A DNA stretch of 52,467 nucleotides from Ignavibacteriales bacterium CG_4_9_14_3_um_filter_30_11 (GTDB lineage Bacteria; Bacteroidota; Ignavibacteria; Ignavibacteriales; Ignavibacteriaceae). Location of the stretch: assembly GCA_002790365.1 (NCBI GenBank), contig PFVA01000051.1:1-52467 (forward strand), in the 5' to 3' direction. The notes under the pieces are model-generated. The model made no database searches and was not told the DNA's origin. It saw only the letters and a program-made list of their open reading frames with translations. The position numbers were made by a program, and so were the translations under genes. Positions 22,608 through 31,601 of this stretch are shown piece by piece (position 1 is the first letter of the stretch; each line of letters begins with the position of its first letter).

Positions 22608-23084
22608 CTAAATTTTATAGCTTCCGCTTTTACCGCCAGTTTTTGAGAGTAATTTTATTTCATTTATTACAATTGATTTATCAACAGTTTTGCACATATC
22701 ATAAACAGTCAGCGCAGCAATACTTGCAGAAGTTAAAGCTTCCATTTCTATTCCAGTAACTGAATTTGTTTTTGCAAAAGAATAAATTTCAATTGCATTT
22801 TTCTTTTCGTTCAATTTTATATTCACATCAATTTTTGAGATAAAAATATTATGACACAAAGGAATTAGTTCAGAAGTTTTTTTACCTCCCTGTATTCCGG
22901 CAATTTTTGCGGTTGTTAATAAATCACCTTTTTCTAATTCATTATTTTTAATTTTATTAAATAATTCATTAGATACGGATACTTCAGCAAATGCTTCTGC
23001 AATTCGGATTGATTTTTTTTTGTCGATTACATCAACCATATTGGCTTTACCGTTTTTATCTACATGTGATAATTTTTTCATCAT
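22608..23084 (-). CDS. moaC: Cyclic pyranopterin monophosphate synthase
   Basis: SHVDKNGKANMVDV and the conserved core. 158 aa, with a 4-nt overlap with moaA. Confidence 0.9.
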   Translation of the reverse strand: MMKKLSHVDKNGKANMVDVIDKKKSIRIAEAFAEVSVSNELFNKIKNNELEKGDLLTTAKIAGIQGGKKTSELIPLCHNIFISKIDVNIKLNEKKNAIEIYSFAKTNSVTGIEMEALTSASIAALTVYDMCKTVDKSIVINEIKLLSKTGGKSGSYKI

Positions 23085-24076
23085 CCGCCTATTGACATCA
23101 TATTGTTGCTCATCATTTCTGAAAGCTCTTCAGGTTCAGGATGTTTTTCCCATTTGTGTTGTATTGCCTCCATTAGTTCGTCAACAATTTCTTCATCAGA
23201 ATAATTTTTCTGAAATAATTCCTTAAAATTTATTTCGTGTTTTCCTTCAGAAAACAAACACAATCTAAATTTACCCATAGATGAAATACGAACCCTATTG
23301 CAGCTATAGCAAAAATGTTCTGACATAGAACTTACAAAACTTATTTTTGCTGTATGTTCTTTTAATTGAAAATCTTTTGCAACACTGTTTTTATAGGAAG
23401 ATAAGGCAGAAATAGAATATTTTCCTTCAATTATATTCTTCATTTCTTTATAATTAATTAAACCGTTTCTTTCCCATCCATTACTTCCAAAAGGCATAAA
23501 TTCAATAAATCTAATATTTACATTCATATCTTTGAAATGATCAACAAAATTTATAATCTCTAAATCATTTATTCCCTTGATAATTACGGCATTAACTTTA
23601 ACAGGTGAATATCCGCTTCTAATAGATTCATCAATAACAGAAAGTATTCTTTCTGATTCATCGTTTTTTGTAATAGTATGAAAATTATATTTATCCAAAC
23701 TGTCTAAACTAATATTCAAACTATCAATTCCTGATGCTTTTAGTTCATCAGTTCTACCTTTTAATAGAGACCCGTTTGTAGTTATACCTGTCGAAAATCC
23801 ATAAATATTTTTTAACTTTTGAACTTCTCTAAAAAAGGAGAATACATCTCTTCTTACAAGAGGTTCGCCACCTGTAAATCTGAATTTTTTAAATTCTAAT
23901 TCTTTAGCAAATATTTCAATAACTCTTAATATTTCTTCAAAGGAAAGAATATTTTTTTTTGTGAGTTTTGAGTCTAATCTGTTGGGATTGCAATAGATAC
24001 AATTATAATTACATTTATCCGTTAAGGAAATCCTTAAATAATTGTGAACTCTATTATATCTATCAATTAATTTCAT
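23081..24076 (-). CDS. moaA: GTP 3',8-cyclase (radical SAM)
   Basis: CNYNCIYC radical-SAM cluster motif, C-terminal CYSCNRVR second cluster, ends in GG. Confidence 0.92.
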   Translation of the reverse strand: MKLIDRYNRVHNYLRISLTDKCNYNCIYCNPNRLDSKLTKKNILSFEEILRVIEIFAKELEFKKFRFTGGEPLVRRDVFSFFREVQKLKNIYGFSTGITTNGSLLKGRTDELKASGIDSLNISLDSLDKYNFHTITKNDESERILSVIDESIRSGYSPVKVNAVIIKGINDLEIINFVDHFKDMNVNIRFIEFMPFGSNGWERNGLINYKEMKNIIEGKYSISALSSYKNSVAKDFQLKEHTAKISFVSSMSEHFCYSCNRVRISSMGKFRLCLFSEGKHEINFKELFQKNYSDEEIVDELMEAIQHKWEKHPEPEELSEMMSNNMMSIGG

Positions 24077-24079
24077 TTC

Positions 24080-24604
24080 TTATAAGATTATTAAAGATAC
24101 AACTGCTGCAATAATTACAACATACGCCGGATGTAATTTCAAAAAGAATACTAATGAAAAACCAATCAAAATAAGAAGTACTCCTTTAATTTCAGCAACA
24201 TTCTCTGTACTGTATTGATAAAGAAGTGCAGCAACCATTCCTATTACTGCATATTTAATTCCATCAAAAGCTTTTAATATAATTTCGTTTTTATGAAAAT
24301 AATCAAGGAAATAAATTGCAAGCATTATCACAGTTGCAGGCATAATAATATTGCCGAGATTAGCAGCAATCACGCCTAATACACCGGCTACTTTAAATCC
24401 TGTATAAGTAGCATATTTAATTGAAATAGCTCCGGGAAATACTTCTACTAATCCAAGAACTTTTAAAAATTCATCTTGCTGAAGCCAATGGTGATTTTGA
24501 ACAACTTCTTTTTCAATCAACGGAAATAATGAATAAGCCCCGCCAAAGCTGAAAGAGCCTACTTTTAGAAAAGATATGAAAAGTGAAAATAGTTTTACAA
24601 GCAT
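24080..24604 (-). CDS. Half-size chromate ion transporter (CHR/ChrA) family permease
   Basis: 174 aa with LKVGSFSFGGAYSLFPLIEKEVV, typical of the short CHR family. Only one half-size gene is present here, whereas short CHR genes usually come in pairs. Confidence 0.75.
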   Translation of the reverse strand: MLVKLFSLFISFLKVGSFSFGGAYSLFPLIEKEVVQNHHWLQQDEFLKVLGLVEVFPGAISIKYATYTGFKVAGVLGVIAANLGNIIMPATVIMLAIYFLDYFHKNEIILKAFDGIKYAVIGMVAALLYQYSTENVAEIKGVLLILIGFSLVFFLKLHPAYVVIIAAVVSLIIL

Positions 24605-24916
24605 TTAATCTCCAATAACATCATCTACCCAAGAAAGAGCAGCCATCATACTTGGTAGACCAATTGTAGGCAAAGAAAGTAATGCAACTTGTCTCAATTC
24701 TTCTTTTGTAACGCCCACTTTTAAAGCTTTGCGTGTGTGTGAATGAACTGCACCTTCTAGCCTGGCGCCGGTTGATATGGCTAATTTTACTAATGCTCTT
24801 GTTTTATCGTCAAGAGGACCCGCATTATGAATTGCATCTCCCATAGCTTCATAAGCTTCAAAAACTTTAGGATAGTCTTCCTTAAATTTCAAATATCTCT
24901 TTGGTATTTTTGACAT
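24605..24916 (-). CDS. Carboxymuconolactone decarboxylase (AhpD-like) family protein
   Basis: CMD-family helix pattern (ALVKLAISTGARLEGAVHSHTRKALKVGVTKEEL). Start set at MSKIPKRY (24916) because GGGAGA lies 4 nt upstream (24921-24926). The 24 extra N-terminal codons of the track ORF run into the leader structure. Confidence 0.7.
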   Translation of the reverse strand: MSKIPKRYLKFKEDYPKVFEAYEAMGDAIHNAGPLDDKTRALVKLAISTGARLEGAVHSHTRKALKVGVTKEELRQVALLSLPTIGLPSMMAALSWVDDVIGD

Positions 24917-24937
24917 GATTTCTCCCTTATTATTAAT

Positions 24938-25090
24938 AAAAAAACCCAACTGCGCAAAGGTGGGTAAATTTTTACTTCTCCTTTGCAAAGGTCCGCCTTA
25001 GGCAAACAGGCAGGCTAATTCATTTCTAAACTAACCCTAACGGTTTACACTCTTATTATAAAACTTAGAGATATAAACTCGGAGATAAAC
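24938..25090 (-). promoter_or_regulatory. Candidate Moco (molybdenum cofactor) riboswitch-like leader plus intrinsic terminator
   Basis: The minus-strand RNA has UCUCCGAG (25079-25087) and a G+C-rich core GCCUGCCUGUUUGCCUAAGGCGGACC. It then has CCUUUGCAAAGGAGA, whose GGAGA can close a helix with the 5' UCUCC. Next comes the hairpin ACCCACCUUUGCGCAGUUGGGU followed by U7 (24938-24966). The element lies upstream of a moaA-containing operon. Confidence 0.5.
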
Positions 25091-25153
25091 ACAAAATAAG
25101 AACTAATACAAATTAAATAATCTAATTAAATAATCATAATCTAAAGTTCTATA

Positions 25154-26389
25154 TTATTTTTTTTTCAGTGGTTCTTTTACTTTTTGGAGAATTATCAAGC
25201 CAGCTATAAAAAATAAACCAAGCCCCAATGTAGCAACTTTTTCACCTGAAATATCTGATATAATTCCATAAAATAAAGGTCCAATTACAGCAGAAGATTT
25301 TCCAAAAAGTCCGTCATAAAAACCAAAATATTCAGCTTCATTAGATTTTGGAGTAAGCAATGCCATCAATGATCTACTACAAGATTGAGATGAGCCTATT
25401 GCTAAACCTGCTAACAGACCAATTAAATAGAATTGGCTAACACTGTTGACCAAAGCCGCACCAATAACAACAAAAATCCAAATGACTAAAGTTATTGTTA
25501 TTGTTTTTTTAGGTCCCAGATGATCTGAAATAATTCCAAAAATAAATGAACCTAAAATTGCAGTACTTTGTATGATTATGAAAAAGAATATTAATTCAAA
25601 ATCCTCCATGTGCAGAACATTTGAAGCAAAGATTGATGCAAAAACAATTATTGTAATTATAGCATCATTATAAAGGAAAAAAGAAATTAAAAATCTTGAA
25701 ATTGATGGTAATTTTTTTTCAATAAATAATGCCTTAAAAGTATTGAAGCTTCTGCTTAATCCTTCTTTAAATAATGATTTACTTACCTGTACTTCCCTTT
25801 TAGGTTCGCTTACAAATAAAAATAGTGGAATAGAAAACACCATAAAGAAAGCAGATGAAATTAAAAAAGAAAATCTTATTCTATCATAATAATTTGGTGC
25901 AGACTGCTCAGGTAAAATAAATAGGACAATAAGCAAAACTATAAGTGCCCCTAAATAACCCGCAGCAAAACCATAGCCTGATACTCTTCCATAGTTTTTC
26001 TTTTCAGTTAGATCAGGTAAAAATGCATCGTAAAATACTAACCCAGCTTCAAATCCAATATTAGCAAAAATAAAAAGAATTGCTCCCATTAGAATATCTC
26101 CACTTCCTACAAAGTACATTAGGGCTGTACATATAACGGATATTATTGTAAAGAGGAGTAAAAATCTTTTTCTGTTTCTGGAAAGATCAGCAATTGCACC
26201 AAGCGATGGACTTAATATTGCGGCTATAATCATTGAGATGCTTACAAGTAGCCCCCAAACCCATCTTTGTCCACCGGCAACTATATTAGTAAAGTATTTT
26301 GAATAAATAACAGTAACAATAATGACAGAAAAAGCAGTGTTACCAAAATCAAATAAAGCCCAACTAACTATTCTGCCTTTATTCTTCAT
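25154..26389 (-). CDS. MFS transporter (UMF1/Atg22-like type)
   Basis: 411 aa with about 12 TM segments. The N-terminus WALFDFGNTAF is typical of this MFS subfamily. Confidence 0.7.
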   Translation of the reverse strand: MKNKGRIVSWALFDFGNTAFSVIIVTVIYSKYFTNIVAGGQRWVWGLLVSISMIIAAILSPSLGAIADLSRNRKRFLLLFTIISVICTALMYFVGSGDILMGAILFIFANIGFEAGLVFYDAFLPDLTEKKNYGRVSGYGFAAGYLGALIVLLIVLFILPEQSAPNYYDRIRFSFLISSAFFMVFSIPLFLFVSEPKREVQVSKSLFKEGLSRSFNTFKALFIEKKLPSISRFLISFFLYNDAIITIIVFASIFASNVLHMEDFELIFFFIIIQSTAILGSFIFGIISDHLGPKKTITITLVIWIFVVIGAALVNSVSQFYLIGLLAGLAIGSSQSCSRSLMALLTPKSNEAEYFGFYDGLFGKSSAVIGPLFYGIISDISGEKVATLGLGLFFIAGLIILQKVKEPLKKK

Positions 26390-26395
26390 AAATTA

Positions 26396-26875
26396 TTATT
26401 GGTCAGATTTTTTTGAAATAGTTTCTTCAACCAGACCTCTTCCTGATTTTTTTAATTCACCTTTTTCTTTTAATTCAGTCAGGATGGCATCCATAATTCC
26501 GTTGATAAATTTACCGCTGCTAGTTGTGCTGTATGATTTTGCAATTTCTATGGTTTCATTTATTGATACTTTTGGAGGGATTTCAGGAAAATAAAGTAAC
26601 TCACATATTCCCATTCTTAACAGTACTTTATCTAATTGAGCTATTCTGGATATTTCCCAATTAGCTACTCGGGTTTGGATTCTTTCATCTAAACTTTTTT
26701 TATTAATTATAACTCTGCTTATTAAATCTTCAGCAAATTTTTTATCATTTGCGTCATTTATCTCTACTAGGATTTCATCTTTTGTTAAAGAGTGAGAATC
26801 TTGATTTAATTCATAAGCATAAAGTATTTGCAATACTTTTTCTCTTACAATTCTTCTTTTAGAATATTTAGGCAT
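26396..26875 (-). CDS. nusB: Transcription antitermination factor NusB
   Basis: RRIVREKVLQILYAYEL, DKVLLRMGICELLY and FINGIMD motifs. Confidence 0.88.
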   Translation of the reverse strand: MPKYSKRRIVREKVLQILYAYELNQDSHSLTKDEILVEINDANDKKFAEDLISRVIINKKSLDERIQTRVANWEISRIAQLDKVLLRMGICELLYFPEIPPKVSINETIEIAKSYSTTSSGKFINGIMDAILTELKEKGELKKSGRGLVEETISKKSDQ

Positions 26876-26961
26876 TGGGGATAATATAATTTTTTTTGAA
26901 AAAAGTTTTTACAAATATAAATAAAGTTACAAAGAACAATTAATTAAAATATCCTAAACAT

Positions 26962-26983
26962 AAAAAAAGCGCCTAAAGGCGCT
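26962..26983 (-). terminator. Intrinsic terminator downstream of the TonB-family gene
   Basis: agcgcc-taaa-ggcgct hairpin followed on the minus strand by a 7-nt T run, 4 nt after the stop codon. Confidence 0.75.
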
Positions 26984-26987
26984 TCAT

Positions 26988-27638
26988 TTAATTTCTTAAA
27001 GAAAAAGAAATAGGTATTGAGACCTGCACATTTACAGGTTTACCTCTTTGTTTTCCAGGATTAAATCTTGTTGCTTTAACTGCTTCAAGTGCACTTTCAT
27101 CCAAACCTGCACCAAGTCCTTTTGTTATTGTAGCTTTTGTTACTATTCCTTCAGTATTAACAAATGCTAATACATATATTCTACCTTCAATACCTGCTCT
27201 GATTGCAATCTGAGAATATTGAATTCTTTTTTGTATTCCTGCTAATCCACCAATTGGAGTTGGCATTTCTTCAACAGCAACAAAGTACTGTGGTTCAGCT
27301 TCAACTTTTTCTACTTTTGGAGGAGGTGCTTCAACAAAAGCACTAACATCAAGTTCTGTAGAAGCTATGTCTATATCTTCCAAAACATCCTCCGAAGGTG
27401 CTTCAATTAGAATAGGAGGTTTTGGAGGAGGAGGAGGTCTATTTTCTTGCTTAGTCTGCTGAACATCTTCTACATTAAATAATTCCTGAGAAACTTGAGC
27501 GATCTTCTCGCCTCCGCTCATTGCTGGGAAAAATTTAAATGCGAGTATCATAAAAACTAAAGCTACAATTACACATATTTCAAACACACGCTGATAAGAT
27601 CTTCTTAGGTCAGCTTCCGGTTTTTTTAATTCAGCCAT
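26988..27638 (-). CDS. TonB family energy transducer
   Basis: N-terminal TM anchor, Pro-rich linker RPPPPPKPP and a C-terminal TonB domain (GIEGRIYVLAFVNTEGIV...FNPG). Confidence 0.85.
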   Translation of the reverse strand: MAELKKPEADLRRSYQRVFEICVIVALVFMILAFKFFPAMSGGEKIAQVSQELFNVEDVQQTKQENRPPPPPKPPILIEAPSEDVLEDIDIASTELDVSAFVEAPPPKVEKVEAEPQYFVAVEEMPTPIGGLAGIQKRIQYSQIAIRAGIEGRIYVLAFVNTEGIVTKATITKGLGAGLDESALEAVKATRFNPGKQRGKPVNVQVSIPISFSLRN

Positions 27639-27751
27639 TTAATTACCTCCAAATATGCCTTTTAATGTTGCTAAAATTAACAAATGAACTTTCATTTGTC
27701 AACTTAATTTGTTTTCTATTTATTACAATTATTATAAAATATTTGTTCCAT

Positions 27752-28153
27752 TTATAGTAACTTAATTTTAGTTATTTTATTAACAATTAGATATGTTCCT
27801 AAAACTCCCAAAATAATGCCAATTGTATCGGCACTCCAGTCTAAAAAACTACCATCTCGTCCAGGGATAAATATTTGGTGTAGTTCGTCCAATATTGCAT
27901 AAATCATCAATAAAACAATAGAAGAAATGAAAGCATTATTTTTTAGAATCTTAAATTTATCTTGAAAAAGAATTGAAAGGTTAAATAAAAATCCCAAAAT
28001 AAAATAAGCAAGTAAATGCTCAATTTTATCATTTAATTTAATATTAGGCATATTCTTAGATGGCAAACTAGTAGCTATAATAAGTATAAGCCAATAAAAG
28101 ATTAACGAAAGATATGTTATCTTTTTTTTATTTTTAATTAAAAAATTAAGCAC
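27752..28153 (-). CDS. VanZ family membrane protein
   Basis: 133 aa with 4 TM segments and DKIEHLLAYFILGF / DELHQIFIPGR motifs. Confidence 0.7.
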   Translation of the reverse strand: MLNFLIKNKKKITYLSLIFYWLILIIATSLPSKNMPNIKLNDKIEHLLAYFILGFLFNLSILFQDKFKILKNNAFISSIVLLMIYAILDELHQIFIPGRDGSFLDWSADTIGIILGVLGTYLIVNKITKIKLL

Positions 28154-29711
28154 AAGAACTCATTAAAAATTTTGTTGTGTATGGAATGTTATTTAAAATT
28201 TCTATAGCAGTATAACTCAATTCAGTTTTTTCAATTGATAAAATATCTGCAGATAAACTATGTAAATATACTGCTGATAATATTGCATTTTCAAAAGAAA
28301 TATTTTGAGAAGCGAATCCGGCAATAAGTCCAGTTAATACATCTCCTGTACCAAATTTTGCCATTCCTGAATTACCAGCGCTATTAATAAAAATTTCGCC
28401 ATTGGGTGTAAATATTATAGATGGAGCTCCTTTTAAAACTAAAAAAGCACATGTCTCTTTTACAAATTTTTTCCCATATTTTAATATATCATTTTGTAAT
28501 TCTGATAAGCTTATTCCCAAAAGGTATGCAAACTCGCCCATGTGGGGAGTAAGTACTGAATTTTTTAGATTTATTTTTCTATAAACATTATTGCTGAGTG
28601 CAAAAATTGCATCTGCATCTATTACAATTTTTTTATTCCCCCTTCTTTTGATTATTGCAGAAACTGCACTTTGTGTTTTATTATTTCTACCTAAACCAGG
28701 TCCGATTGAAATTACATCTGTCCATTTAATATAAGATAATAAATCACCTAAATTTTCTTCAGTCAAATATTCATTTTTATTATCATCATAAGAATGGACA
28801 ACTACTTCATCTAATTTTTTCTGAACTAAGTTTCTTATTGATCTAGGAAAGTAAAGAACCGATGCACCTGCTCCAGTTTTAAATACTGCCTTTGAGGCTA
28901 GTACAGCAGCTCCAGGATATTTACCGGAACCAGCTATAGTTAATACCTTTCCAGCTGAGTATTTATGCACATCCTTTTCGCGTTTAGGCAATGACTTAAA
29001 TATATCTTCGGGTTCAATTAAATATGTTTTTGTTTTGAGTTCTTCAAAATATTTATTACTTATTCCTATTCCGACATTTTCTATATTACAACAATTAATA
29101 AATCCTTTATTAAAGAATAATCCTTTCTTATAAGCACCAATAGATATTGTCAGATCTGATCTAAAAATTTCATTTCCTGTAGCTCTATCAGAATCTAAAC
29201 CGGTTGGCAAATCAATTGAAATTTTAATTGCTTTCTTTTTGTTTAAAGATTTAATTATAGAAGGATAAGGTTCATTTAATTCTCCTTTTGCTCCACTCCC
29301 TAAAATAGTATCAATAATTATATCAGAGGAATTTAGTATGGAAAGATCCTTTAAAGATTTATAAAAATAAATTCTTAAATTTTTATTTTTTTTAGATATT
29401 TCATTTAGAATATTATAATTGATCAGGCAATCTTTAGACATATTACTTGTTCTGCCTAAACTCATAACATTTACAAAATAATTATTATTTGTAAAATGCC
29501 TTGCAACTGCAAAACCATCTCCCCCATTATTTCCATTTCCACATACTATTCCAATAGTCTTTATTGTTTTATGATTAGTAACAAAAGAAATAATTTTATT
29601 GTAAATATTAATAGATGCATTTTCCATTAACACGATACTTGGTATGCCAAGTTTGTTAATAGCATAATGGTCAACTTTTCTTACATTTTTAATATTATAT
29701 AGAGGGATCAT
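28146..29711 (-). CDS. nnr: Bifunctional NAD(P)H-hydrate epimerase / ADP-dependent dehydratase
   Basis: YjeF-N motif GNGNNGGDGF and C-terminal kinase-like GTGDVLTG. 521 aa. Confidence 0.88.
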   Translation of the reverse strand: MIPLYNIKNVRKVDHYAINKLGIPSIVLMENASINIYNKIISFVTNHKTIKTIGIVCGNGNNGGDGFAVARHFTNNNYFVNVMSLGRTSNMSKDCLINYNILNEISKKNKNLRIYFYKSLKDLSILNSSDIIIDTILGSGAKGELNEPYPSIIKSLNKKKAIKISIDLPTGLDSDRATGNEIFRSDLTISIGAYKKGLFFNKGFINCCNIENVGIGISNKYFEELKTKTYLIEPEDIFKSLPKREKDVHKYSAGKVLTIAGSGKYPGAAVLASKAVFKTGAGASVLYFPRSIRNLVQKKLDEVVVHSYDDNKNEYLTEENLGDLLSYIKWTDVISIGPGLGRNNKTQSAVSAIIKRRGNKKIVIDADAIFALSNNVYRKINLKNSVLTPHMGEFAYLLGISLSELQNDILKYGKKFVKETCAFLVLKGAPSIIFTPNGEIFINSAGNSGMAKFGTGDVLTGLIAGFASQNISFENAILSAVYLHSLSADILSIEKTELSYTAIEILNNIPYTTKFLMSSCA

Positions 29712-29788
29712 AAAAACCCCAAATAAGAATCGAATTTAATTGAATATTAACATTAGATAATTTTATTATACTCTATAAATATAATAAA

Positions 29789-31207
29789 TTATTTTAAGAA
29801 TGATGTAATAACATCTATCAATGAACCGGGCATAATTCCGATAAGTATTACTAAAAGTACAGAAATCACAACAGATAGTAATCCGTAGTTTCCTTTTACA
29901 AATGTAATTTCTTTTTCAGATTCATCGAAATACATTATTACTATTACTTTCAAATAGAAGTAAACACTTATTACACTTGAAAGTACTCCTATAATTGCCA
30001 ACCAGGTCAAGTCAGCTTTAATGGCAGCAATAAAGATATAATATTTACCAAAAAATCCGGCAAATGGAGGAATTCCTGCTAAGGAGAACATACAAATTGC
30101 GAGCATTGCTGCAAGAATGGGTTGTCTTTTTGCAAGGCCTGAATAGGAATCAAATGTAAGATTAGTTTCATCTTTTCCCTCAATGAGCGCAACAACACCA
30201 AATGCACCAAGATTCATAAATGTATAAGCAGTTAAATAAAAAATAATACCTGCTATGCCTTCATAATTGCCTGAAGCAAGTCCAATCAATAAATAACCGG
30301 CATGAGCAATTGAGGAATAAGCAAGCATTCTTTTAATATTGTTTTGTGCTATTGCAACTATACTTCCGTATAACATTGAAGCAACAGCTAATACTGATAG
30401 GTATGGTTCAAATACATTAATATTTCCATGCATAAATACTGCACCAAGTGTAACTATAACTGCAGAAAATGCTGCTGACTTACCGGCTGTAGAAAAGAAT
30501 CCAGCTACCGTTGTTGAAGAACCTTCATAAACATCAGGTACCCACATATGAAATGGAAATGCAGCCATCTTAAAAGAAAAACCTATTAAGAATAATAAAA
30601 TACCTGCAATAAATAAAAAGTTATGTGATAATACAGAAAAATTATTAGCTATGTGTTCAATTGAAGTAGAATTTGTAGAACCAAATATTAAAGCAATTCC
30701 ATAGACAATAAATCCTGTTGCAAAAGCACCTAGTAAAAAATATTTTATAGCAGCTTCATTTGCTTTTAATTTGTTTCTGTTCAATCCTGCCAAAGCATAA
30801 AAACTAACTGACATTATTTCAAGACCAAGAAAAATAACAAACAAATCTTTAGCTCCCGCCATAAGCATCATACCCAAAACTGATATCTGAAGAATAATAT
30901 AAAATTCACCAATATTATTTCCATATTTTTCTGCATAATCAATAGACATTAAAACTATTAGAGCTGCAGAAAAATTGAATATGAAAATAAAAATGTTTGT
31001 GTTTCCTCCAACTTGCAGCATATTGTTAAAGTATAGTTGGGCTTTGTCAACATAATATAGGGAATGAAATGCTGCAGTTAGAAATATAAGTATTGAAAAC
31101 CAGGCTATAATTTTTTTACTGTTTTTGGAATACATTTCTATCAAAATTGATAGTAATATTCCAACAGAAATTATTATAAAAGGTATCAGATTAAAAAACT
31201 CATTCAT
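29789..31207 (-). CDS. nuoN: NADH-quinone oxidoreductase subunit N
   Basis: Antiporter-like subunit with FHMWVPDVYEGSSTTVAGFF, last gene of the cluster. Confidence 0.9.
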   Translation of the reverse strand: MNEFFNLIPFIIISVGILLSILIEMYSKNSKKIIAWFSILIFLTAAFHSLYYVDKAQLYFNNMLQVGGNTNIFIFIFNFSAALIVLMSIDYAEKYGNNIGEFYIILQISVLGMMLMAGAKDLFVIFLGLEIMSVSFYALAGLNRNKLKANEAAIKYFLLGAFATGFIVYGIALIFGSTNSTSIEHIANNFSVLSHNFLFIAGILLFLIGFSFKMAAFPFHMWVPDVYEGSSTTVAGFFSTAGKSAAFSAVIVTLGAVFMHGNINVFEPYLSVLAVASMLYGSIVAIAQNNIKRMLAYSSIAHAGYLLIGLASGNYEGIAGIIFYLTAYTFMNLGAFGVVALIEGKDETNLTFDSYSGLAKRQPILAAMLAICMFSLAGIPPFAGFFGKYYIFIAAIKADLTWLAIIGVLSSVISVYFYLKVIVIMYFDESEKEITFVKGNYGLLSVVISVLLVILIGIMPGSLIDVITSFLK

Positions 31208-31222
31208 ATTAGAAAGCCAAAA

Positions 31223-31588
31223 TTACTCAATAAATAATATATCATCATCTGTTGCTTCAATTTTTAAGACATGATTTTCTTCCAAATACAATGCTAATTT
31301 TCTGTGGTTTTTCATGTTAAAAATATCTTTTCCTTTTTCAACAATTACAATTTTTATAGCTTCATATTTTGAAATGATTTCAGATAAATTTTTAAATTCT
31401 TTAAAATAAATATTCATAAATCCATCTTCTTCTTTGACATAAGCATATTTAGAAGTTGTAGAAAAATCTGTAATAATTTCATCATCAATAATTACTTTTA
31501 ATAAATAACCTTCAAATGGTAAAATAATTCTGTTATAATAAAATAAACCATTTTTTTTTAATTTAATTATTTCACTTATTTTATCCAT
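31223..31588 (-). CDS. Hypothetical soluble 121-aa protein embedded in the nuo cluster
   Basis: Intact ORF with 13-15 nt gaps to both neighbours. No TM segment and no motif I recognise. Confidence 0.55.
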   Translation of the reverse strand: MDKISEIIKLKKNGLFYYNRIILPFEGYLLKVIIDDEIITDFSTTSKYAYVKEEDGFMNIYFKEFKNLSEIISKYEAIKIVIVEKGKDIFNMKNHRKLALYLEENHVLKIEATDDDILFIE

Positions 31589-31601
31589 ATTATTTCTCCT
31601 T

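Noticed and set aside
24080-24604. Calling the CHR-family gene a chromate-resistance determinant
   Set aside because: The family assignment is sound. A resistance role is not supported by the context, since it is the second gene of a Moco-biosynthesis operon with no chrB/chrR. Substrate is left open.
24917-24988. The 24-codon N-terminal extension of the CMD-like ORF (MQRRSKNLPTFAQLGFFINNKGEI)
   Set aside because: It overlaps the terminator hairpin and U-run of the leader, and the internal ATG at 24916 has a GGGAGA RBS. The extension is most likely non-coding.
31223-31588. The 121-aa nuo-embedded ORF as the pterin-4a-carbinolamine dehydratase homologue known from the Rhodothermus complex I genes
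   Set aside because: It lacks the His-His-Pro type catalytic signature and the typical PCD length and pattern. No similarity is evident by eye.
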